DNA from: Catajapyx aquilonaris
Lineage: Eukaryota
Direction of reading: 5' to 3'
Assembly (NCBI GenBank): GCA_000934665.2
Contig: JYFJ02004099.1
Span: 1-34,787 of the forward strand
DNA length: 34,787 nt
Shown here: in pieces, positions 24,601 to 34,787 of the stretch
Layout of the letters: each line of letters begins with the position of its first letter
Position numbering within the stretch: position 1 is the first letter of the stretch
Position numbers and translations under genes: made by a program
Notes under the pieces: generated by a model
Seen by the model: only the letters and a program-made list of their open reading frames with translations
What the model was told of the DNA's origin: nothing
The model's database searches: none

Positions 24601-27600
24601 CGCAATGAATCTGCATTCAGAGCATCCATAAGTGAATCGCAAATGTGTACAGTATGCAGATTCCATTTCCAATATTCACACCTTTAGAATTAAATGTGGT
24701 GATCAATGTTTCAGTATTTTTTTCATGCATGCTGTCGCCATTTTGCTTACTTTTTCTCATTTATATTAAATGTAGCTTCCTTTAATATCTTTGCTTTTCT
24801 GTAATATTAATATAGTTCTTGTTGCAAACATGGTTTTTTTCTGGTGCATGTTGTTACATGACAGCCTTGACAGAGCAGCATGGTCGAGCTCACTTGCGGA
24901 AGTGGAGCAGACTGTAATGGTTGCAAAGTTATCCGGATGCGGTAGGGAAGCAGGCGAGGACATGACATTTGGCAAATGGCGGGCTACAACCCAGAAGGGG
25001 TCATACCCTCCACCCCCCAAAAAATTCCGCCTTTTATGGGCATATCTCCAGCTTTAAATGAATCCGTAATGCAATGTAGAGCGAGCCAGAAAAAAATAGA
25101 GTAGACGCCAGATAGAACTAGAGTCTAACCGGAGCTGTGCACGTGGGTCCATTAACTACTACTATTAATTAGTGCATGCTTCGCGTGCGAAAAAATATCA
25201 GGACACTATATTGGCTCCCTGACAGTTTAGATGTGTATCGGCCGTTTAGTGCATAATCGTTATAAATTACCGGCCCCGTGTAGCTTTGACTCACTCGTGA
25301 TAAATACTACATAAATGGTTTTACTGCCCCTATTAATAATAAAATTGCATTTTACGGCCGTGTCGCGCACTGCTCCAACAACACAACGTTATGCTATTAT
25401 AGTTGTGTCCGCACAACTGATATTTTACAGCCTGCATATCGGTCAATGCCCACTGTATCATTGGACCATAAGCACGCCCTATCTCCAATGCACCGGTCGC
25501 TTCTTTTCTGGCCCCAAAAATGGCCGCCTGCGGTTTCCCCCCGGATGTGACGTCATTTCTCGTGGGGGAACCCCCGGTCGAGCGTCCCTGGTTGGTTCTG
25601 GAGGTAAAAGTCCGGAATTTTCCGACAGCTAAACGTGAAGCTGCGGGAAATTGGGCGGCGATTATCGAACAGGCGGCGAGGAAAAGTTTTTCGTGGGGGG
25701 GAAAAGGCGGAGAGGAACCGGGCGAGGGCTACATGTCAGCAGCTAATGTAATTGTCTTGTCGGGAAGCTGCAAGCGGCGACGATATCGTCCGTACGTCAC
25801 CAGAGATAAAGGGAAAAAGAGATGTGGAGGAAAGCAAGCGGAAGGCTTGCCAGAGGGGCCGATCCTTACTTTTTTTTTTCCTTCTTCTCCGAAAGCCGAG
25901 TGATGTATATCCGTCCGAATTGGGGGACGTCTCTTTGCGAAAGTATTACAATACATTTTTTGAAACATTGCGGCGTCAACATCTTTTTGCGATAATCTTC
26001 ACCGCCGATGCACTTGAAATATTGCTGGAAAAATAATAATTTGAGGATCTTTGCAAAAACTGTCTTTAGTCCTGAACTCTTCTCCACATGTTGACTGTGA
26101 GTTATGGTAGCTTTAAAGCAGTATCGAGCACGATTTTTCATTCCTTGGGTGGTAGGATTTCTTGGTCTTCTCCTCCCCCTCTTCTTTTTGCATGTTTTGC
26201 CGTTTCCTGTAAAAGCAGCTGCCCCCGGAGCTTCCTGTTTTCGCCGTTTTTCCACCGAATCGTGGGGGCCCGGATTTTTATACTTCCCTGCGTGACGGGG
26301 CCTCTTACTGATTAATCACATCGATCACTTGCTAAGACTCAATCAATCATCCCTTGGATTAGTATATTACATGGAGGTGGGTTTTAGCGGCTGGATATAC
26401 CAAAAAAACGGCGTATTTTATTTACACATTTTGGAGGCATATGCAGCAACCTCTGGGTCCAAAAGTTCCTATTCGAGAGCGGTTCTAATTGAATCGGTTC
26501 CAGTGTGGAATTTAATAGTTGGACACGTCTGCAGGGGGTCGTAGAGCAGCGCTAGTCGGGTCTATTATGCAGCCGAGGGAATTGGGAGAATAAATTTTCA
26601 CTTTTCATCATGTGTGGGGGGGTTTGGTCGAAGCATGGCCAAGAGGTAGGATTGTGTTCGGTGGTGTTTTATTGGAGCTATTGTTGGCCAGAATGTTGCA
26701 ATGGTCCGAATGCGGGAGGGGTTGCTCAACCCGACGGGCTATTTTGGCGACCCCCGGGTTGGTTACGGGGATGAAAAATATGAGAGAGGGAAGAAATAGG
26801 TTGGGGGTATAGTTTGAGAGCTAAATTGAAAATTTTTTAAAGGGGATTTTTTTTTTCGGGAAGGGGGCGGTCAGGTGGCTAGTTGCCAGATTTAATACAC
26901 CGCTTGGAATAGAATTTAGGTTTAGTTTAGGAGTTTTCCCCTCTATGTGGCGGTTTCATTGTAATTAGTTCGGTTTTTTGGGGGTGCCAAGTCAGGGTTC
27001 CCAATGGTAGATTCACTCTCTTTAAAAAAATTAAAAGTTGGTTTTCCCTGAATGCGGTGATTAAAATGCATAGCAACGTTACATTTTAAGCAATTGAACG
27101 AATGCGACAAATCTTATCTATTCAACAGGACATTATCAAGAAAACATGTGACAAAGCATGTCAAATCAATTTAATCATAAATTCTTAATACACATTTATT
27201 CGTTCTTGATAATTTAGTAAGTGGAATAAATTTAGGTTGAGATATTTTTTTGTTCTATGCTACACAATATCTGGTGTCGTTATCAGTTTGGTTTTGTGTG
27301 CTGGTTGCACATTTTTTCAGTAACTGTTCCAGCCCGGCCTCTCTTCAGTTGATATTGAATTATTGTAACTTTAGCATAATGTAATCGATTCGCTTTTTAA
27401 TCCAATCCCGGTTTCGCTCCATTAGTGCACAAAGTGCTGCATGACAAAAAAATCCTTCATTTTTGAATCGACAGCAGCAATAATGAAGACTGAAAAACCA
27501 TGTCCAGCTTCCGATTTCCAATGTTCGCTTCCAGAAAACTGCACTTTCCAATTACACAATTTTTGGATTAGTTCACTGCCACACTACTCTTGCGCAAGCC

Positions 27601-30600
27601 AATTCTATGTATAGTATATATCCCAACAGCCATCAAACAGTTTCGTCGATTAGCCTCATCGTGTTCGTGAATAGGGAGCTACCAGTCAATTTGGAAGCTG
27701 GCCCAGTGTAAACACACTCACTCTCATTAATATTTTGCCAATTATTTGTGATGGGACTTGTGGGCAGGCTAATTATGCCGATGCAGAGATATAGTATATA
27801 GTAGACTGCTACAGTTTGGTGGGTGTCAAGCGTTGGATGTTTGCCGAAACAGGCGTCTAGGTCAAGTGTCCAGAAGTATTCGGGCGATGCGGATGACGAA
27901 ACATCGTTCTGGACCAGAATAGTATGGGAGTAAACATTTTTTCGCAAACGGTTGCAAAGAATGTGAGAAATGTCTAAAATTGCGTTAATGCTCGCACATC
28001 CCTACTTTAAAACAGATGGGGACTGGACCTCAAATTGTACGTTCTGAATTGGAGTGGCATGAACTGACAAACGTGTTTGTTGTTCGATGAGAGCGGAAAA
28101 CAAAAGGCCATGTGCATTTGTCGGGTCTCTTCATGATGCGATACTGCGGCCTTTTGTGGGTCGCAAATTGGGATATGTCCCTATTGAGTGGGGGGAATTA
28201 CAACCTCAAAAGTGTGGTCCGTGACTTTGAATCCGGCATAAAAGAAAGCTGGTTCGTGACTTGGAGCGGAGCAGTCCATAAACAATCTCGAAAATGAGAA
28301 AGTGTCAATGAACGAAATTTGCGATATGCCAACTCGTATATGTAATTTACTGTCGCATTGCTTATGTGCCCCACTTTTTGACCTGCTGTAAATTATTATA
28401 ACTTGAAAATGCCATCATACGTCAGGATTGCGTCAAAAATGCGGATGTCGATTTTCAACAATAGGACTTTGAAGGATAAAGATCCAAAGTGTGGAGAAAG
28501 GAAAGAAGAAGAAAAAAGGAGCCGAAGTGAAGGTTCGTGTCGAGACAGGGCGAGGAAGGCCGGGGCGAATGTTAATCAGGGCGAGAAAAGTACTTGCTAT
28601 GGTTGGATAAGTACTAAGGCCCATTCAGGTCTTCCAAACCCCCTTGATGGTAGAGCTCCTCGAGTTCTTCTTTTTTTCCTTTTTATTACAATATAACGTG
28701 GAAGAAATGGAGTTGGGGAGCTGTAGCAGAAGATAGCGATTACGCTCAGGGAAAAAGGAAAGAGACCCGAAATTTTTTGGAAGCACGTGGATTTTTTTTT
28801 ACAAAAAAGGAGAGAACCGAGTATGCTCTCAGGAAAGAAATCGCAGGTACTTAGCGCCGTACGTGCGCCTTTTAGATTTAAATATTCACACGGGCCTCGG
28901 CAACGCATTGAAATTCAACATATGCCTGCAGTTTGACACGGTTCTCTTCCACGCCTGAGCTTCTGGGCCTGACGAATAAATTGGCCAGTAGCTGCGGTTT
29001 GCTTTGGATGGAGATAGAGTTTTTTTTTTCAACAAAAAGTAGCGAGCGCAAATGAAAACTTTACTGCTAGCACTATTTTTCATGACTTCGTATACTATAC
29101 GCTCAATTGGCTGCACATGTAGAAATATCAACCATTTTTCAAAAAAAATCGCATACCCCAGTGATGAAGGTTAATTAAAATGCGTATCTTTACTCTGGTA
29201 TTGCAATTTCCATACCCGGTTTTTTTCCCCGGGACCTGAAACTTCCTATCGCCAGATGGAATTGGTTGCTGCAGGGAAACAGTAATGAAAATAACATTGT
29301 AAAGCTGTGGGGGTGATAGGGATGCAAGCGAGACAAGCGTAATCTGGGGCATTATTCCAGCTCCCCTAATCTGTTGTAGTGCTCGTATGTGGCGCGAGCC
29401 GTAATCTGAGGAATTAATGAAACAAGGTAAAGTAACGTTGCTTTGCGTGCCTCCCAGAGTTGTCCCCGCGATTACAATTTTTTTTTTTTTGGTTTGTTTC
29501 TAGCGATTATAACCCTCAAGAGTTTGCCATCCAGCGATATGAATTACAGGCCACATGTCTACTCAGCTAAAATGGTCGGTTTTAAACCAACAGCGTACCC
29601 CCGCGATTTGCATGGGGAATGCCAATTTGTAGTTGATGCAGCCGCTTTTAGTGGAGCCAAAGGCATTTCAGAGGACATGTTATGGGAGAAGGGCAGAGTC
29701 ATTAGAAGACGCCTCCACTCTGCCTCATAATGGTTCTCAAGCTACGTAACGAGTTTCGGTGGGGGCTAACCCAGCCAAGCCGCACGCGAATGTTCACAAA
29801 ACCAACATTGAAGCTCAGTTGTCCGCCCTAGAAACTTCCGGACCACTAGCAACACTCAATGTTAGTAATGGAACACCCTGTACCTGTACGGTCGAAAATT
29901 TTCAATATTTAGATACCAATGAATTTTTAACGTGCTTGCACAGCTAGTTTTTGACTATGCATGACACAATTATGCACGGAATGCTAAATAATAGTCTGCT
30001 CAAATAATATTTTGTCGGATGTTTCCGGACGGTTTTCAGCTAAACAATGCTGACTGCTGAATGTTTTAGAGACTAAAAAATTAGGTCTTTCCGGACCAGT
30101 CAGTTGGAAATGAGGGCGCTGAAGATTGCAGTTGGATTGGAAGAAATTCAAAATCTTCGTTTTTTGGGGAAAGAAAAAAAAAATCTATTCCCACTTTTTT
30201 TTGAACCCAGAGAGTGTTTTGGCCGCGATTGGGAATTGCCAGATGGGATGAGGAAAATTGATTTAAAGTTTGAGCTTCACGTGGGTAAATTAAGGGGAGG
30301 GAGTGCGGCAACGAGGAAGAGAGTGAAAAGAGAGGGGTGGGGAGAGGAGGAGAGGGGAGAGGGGGAATTAATTTGCAGCGGACGTGAATTATATGCTGAT
30401 TGGGACGCCTGCCAAGGTAATTTTTGGGAGAGAAAAAAAGTGAATACCTTCATCATTTTCCTCTCATTCCATATGCCTGCAACGACTGTATTGGGGAGAG
30501 TGGATGGAAGGAAATAAAAAAAATGGATTCCGCACAACTTGGCAAACTGTAAAAGCTGAATTTCGAATCATGCCACGATTGTTAAAGTGCAGCGTTGTGT

Positions 30601-33600
30601 AATTTCTCGAATCCAGGTACACACATTACATGTATAAGCATTAACCTGCCAATATGCGTGAGAAGCCTACATATCAAAGAATATCTGACCAAAACATTTT
30701 TTAAATAAAAGAAATTGCTGTGATTACACACATGCGAGGTGTCACTCTCGATCAAACTCTCACGTCGTCGCAAAGTTATCAGCTGTCATCTTACCCTGCT
30801 TGATAGAGACAAACGTGTACAGTTGGCGCAAGACCCGTTCAAAATGAGGGTGTAGATAAGACCCGTTTCTTTTTCTGGTAAGGCCCCAATGAAGATATAT
30901 GTGCGTTTCCTGGTAGAAGAAGGATTGCGTGTTTCTTGCACCCCCTATTTGCCAAGGGGGGGGAGGCCTTATGAAAATTATGCAAATTAGATTGATTGGG
31001 GTGGTCCGCCATACCCGATGTGATTAGCTCTTTGGGCCTCAAGTTAGTTGATTAGAGAGGGAAAATGATGAGATAGGAAATGGTCATGACTGGTGGGTTC
31101 AATCAAGGAGATTAGACCTGTATCCGGAACACTTCAGATGGAGGACGTCAGGCTCAAAAATTGAGTTTTGGATTGGGGGAATTAAACCGGGTTTTACGGG
31201 GAGCTAACGCTGATGTTTTTTTAACGAATATTGCTTGTTTTGTACATAGTACCGGCAGTAAACTGGGGTTTAGGAATATTAAATAGTCGGGCCTAAATTA
31301 AATTCCCATGTTAAATAGCGAAAATGTAATTCCGCAGGATATTTCCTTCCACCCCCTCTTTACAGCTTATGATTATGAAAGTTTGTCAGTTTTTGGCCAT
31401 TCATTAAAATTCATTGAGAGCAAGAACAATTACGGAACTTTCTTTTAGCCGGCGAAGGGTGAAAAGTTGATTAAAGGAAATGTGTAAAACATTATGTAGA
31501 CTGCCGGCTATTAAGACACCGCCTACTCTATTTATTAACCGGGCAATAAAAAAAAAGATTCAATATCGGATAGTGCATTACCCTGCTTTTGGTATGTTGT
31601 CGTCATAATTGTTCGGCCTAATAATTCGGGCCGTTGTAAAAGCACGTAATAGCCGGACTTGTAGTTCTAAAAGCATGGCACGTAATTCCATCCTATAATG
31701 GAAGAATAGCTTGCTTCTGGATGTGTAGCGCATCATACTTTAATTAGGATGAAAGGTGTACTAACCTTTTTTACCACCCCATTGTAAAAAGTAGCTACCG
31801 GAAGCCTGGGCTGTAAATAAGATTGCTTCTAACACACGCTTTGCTAAATTACAATATGAAACTGATCAGAGGCGTACATTGTGTATGTGACGATTACAAT
31901 GTATGATCTGCTGTCAACCCTGATGTTTTCACTAAAATATAAAACCGTAAGCTGGCTTTTATAAGATTGTCGTCACGCTATTTTGGCGACGTTCATGACC
32001 CGAACAAAGTGTCACTCTTTTTGTTCGGAGTTGGTGTTAACTACCGGTCCAGAAGAATTGGCTAAACAACCAGAACTGTGGGAGTGGATTAGCAGTTTAT
32101 GACTTTTGGAAGTGGCTTCTGACCTTTTTGTTACAGTGCACGACAGCACAGGGTTAGAAGTGAGAGGAAGTGCATCACGAATTGGAGCGTACTGTACATG
32201 CACAACCTTACAGTACATTTTGGGCTGGGCTAAAATGACCTTGATTCAGCGGGTGGCAGCGATTGTTGTCATTTCCCACGTTGGGCATTCAGAACTGGCC
32301 AGTGGAGTTCATTACAATTTTTTAAGTGGAAATATCCCACAGAAAGGATAGACAATATTTTCTTAGCAGATGATTGACAGGTCATGCTTTCATCTTTCAT
32401 GTGTTTTCTTCACATGCCCAATATTGAGCCATTCATAACCTCAGATCGAACCGATATGCAGAACCTACTGCATTACGCATGATATCGTGACCATCAGGTC
32501 ACGCATTGAATCCTGTATTATGTGGCGCCCTTTCCTAACAGATCAATGTGTACACATAATGTAACGTGATCTTAACACCCGTTTTTTCTGCCAGTAATTT
32601 TCCATCTTCATATAAATCCAGTGACTACTAATGAGGATAAAATTGCCTGCCACTTTTTTTCTGCTGGCGATGGAAATTCAAGCCCGTCCTTTTGCTGGTA
32701 ATGGGATAAAAATGTGCCGGTTCTGCAACTCAACCCTGGGGAAAAAGATGAGAATTCTGCTGGCTGGGTGGTATTTTTTACTCTTCTCTTCTTTATCCTC
32801 GGCACCCCTAAAATGAAAGGATGTCTCCGGGGAAAGGAGCAGATATTTTCACCCTTGTTGGGCCGTGAAAATCGAAGGGACATTACGAGTCCTGATAATA
32901 GAGGAATGGATAGAAGTGGCAGGTCTGAGGTGACAGAAACCTGAGAGCAGATATATATTTTTGCACCACCCTTTTCCTTCCTTGGAAATGGAGAGAACCC
33001 CAAGTTTTTGCAAGATTCCACCGCACCTTCACCTCAGCCGGAAATTGGTCGGTGTTATCGCACGACATTCGCACGGAGGTCTCCATAAATGAAAAGTAAA
33101 GGGGGGGCAAAAAAATGTCGGAGTCAAAGGTGTGCCGCCGACTCTGGGAAAATCATGTCGGGGTCACGCAATTTTGCCCCTGACACCTGTCGTGTGCGTA
33201 AAGCCAACTGTCGTTTAGGAAGCTGTCCAGGAACAACATGCAGCTATTACTTTGTGCACGGTATATTTAATTACATCAACTATATATAGCACGCGCTTTC
33301 TAACAACATGGCTATTAATCTCCTGGAATGTGTCGTGCTAGGAACGCACCTGAAACGTATACACACAAAAGCGTCAGGCGCCAGTGCGTTTTAAAAATAC
33401 CGGACAGGTGCCATGCGACACAGTGTGTCACATGGGGCATTCCTCGTATGTGACATGGGGCTCACTCAGCCGTGTAAACTCTAGCTGCCTGTACTTCACA
33501 CTCGAATTTACCCAGCACAATAATTTAGGAATGTATGCAAATGAGAGAAGGTTCATGGTGGGTTTAGGTGCGTTTCTGAATGGGTCTGTGGTGTGTGTTT

Positions 33601-34787
33601 GGGGAATGTCTCGGGGGGATCTCATCCCGATTCGGTGGGGGGGCGCTGGGGGTAAGAGCCGACTTTTGCAAGTGAGCGCTGATGGTCGATAGCACCCGAG
33701 AGATACTCCAAGTGCATTTGCAAACATGACACGAGCATTGTTTTCCGTCGGCGTGCGTCCGAATCGCAAAACGCGACAAGATTCCGCGAATGAAAGTCAC
33801 CCCTTTCCGGACTGTACCCTCCCCCATGCCTCTCCTCCCCTGCGGCACTTGAAGCGCCAACTTTGCAAAATGTTTCGGCGGGTGCGAATGCTGGAAATTG
33901 AAACTGGAATTCAATTTGGAAGCCGAATGACTCGAATGGGAACGAAAATCCGAGGGAATGTTTGTCGACCAAAAACGCGCGAATTCTAAATAAGTCGGTT
34001 TCCGTGTTTGTGACGCCAAATCGGGAATAAGGAAGTTTGTGGGCTTGTTTGTATTTCATTTTTTTTAAAGCACTATATATATATTTTTCTCAGGCTTTGG
34101 TGGTGTCGGAAGAGTTTGCGTGGGATAACTTTACAAGTAGAAACTTACTTTTTTTTCTTCTTACTCTTTTGCGGGTTCAGTAACTTCATCAACTCAAGTT
34201 TCGGGCTGACTCAAAACGCTTTTTCGATTTGCGGCTTTTTCAAGACACGAACAAAAGGAAGCTCGTCACATTCACATGTTCGATCATAAATACATTCCTA
34301 GTTTGGGCCACACTGAGCTCTAAAAAGTACAAATTCGTGGTCCCCCCGAAACTTGTGGCCGATTTGCATGAAAGTAGGTAAAGTCTCCAGGGGAATTTGC
34401 CTCCTTGTATATTCTGCGGGGAAGAAAATAGCCTGGAGCATAATCTGTATATATTGTTATCGCATGGAGGGAGAGAACTTTTGTGCGCGGCTATTCTCCA
34501 GCGTTTTCTTCACGCACAAATGCAATAACGTTCAGCCTCAATTTCCGTTTCAGGTGCACTTTTTTGGCGCGGTTCTGGTATATTATGTTATGTAGTGTAA
34601 TGTTAGGGAGCTTCCCCTGCATAACTGCCCTTGATGTTGCATTATTGAATGAGCTAGGGAGAAAAGTGAGGCTGTCAGATGCACTAACCGCGTATGCATG
34701 GTGGAATATGATATTGTTTCGGATTTTTTTCCATTTTTTTGAGAGGCGGGTATGAAGTTTAATTAACCGGAGGGGGTGGCGTAAATA

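Larger units (their letters stand above)
7508..34787 (+). other. Large phase-0 intron of the furin-like gene (at least ~27.3 kb, 3' end outside the window)
   Basis: GT donor at 7508. I found no downstream sequence encoding the expected continuation (IG..YYLF...W-x-[EQ]-Q-Q...R-x-K-R) or a subtilase domain, by eye or in the ORF track. A small diverged exon could have been missed. Confidence 0.65.

Noticed and set aside
15290..27352. Other hammerhead-like CTGAAGA cores on the minus strand (~15322, ~27347)
   Set aside because: Stem I/III pairing or the GAAA box is missing.
31250..31660. Inverted CCGGCTATTA / TAATAGCCGG pair and related words
   Set aside because: Only 10 bp and does not extend; too weak to call an element.
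33564..34059. 145-151 aa minus-strand ORFs
   Set aside because: Overlapping frames in GC-richer low-complexity sequence with no recognisable protein features.

Overview
Eukaryotic genomic DNA, most likely arthropod, and almost entirely non-coding. The only well-supported protein-coding element is the first coding exon of a furin-like proprotein convertase (Fur2 type) at 7346-7507 (+). It encodes a signal peptide plus the start of the S8 pro-domain and ends at a phase-0 GT donor. I found no exon 2 in the remaining ~27 kb, so that stretch is read as one large intron. A GC/CpG-rich promoter or 5' leader with several upstream ATGs lies at ~6840-7345. The upstream 6.7 kb is a patchwork of transposon debris: the 3' end of a mariner, hAT-like non-autonomous elements, a tRNA-derived SINE and small inverted-repeat elements. 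The intron holds a GATATATCG tandem array, a four-armed palindromic MITE-like element, a YY1/ETS-CRE motif island, microsatellites and an apparent excess of TCCGGA. The other ORFs in the track look spurious. I see no convincing novel biological system; the findings are modest and all come from reading by eye, with no database searches.
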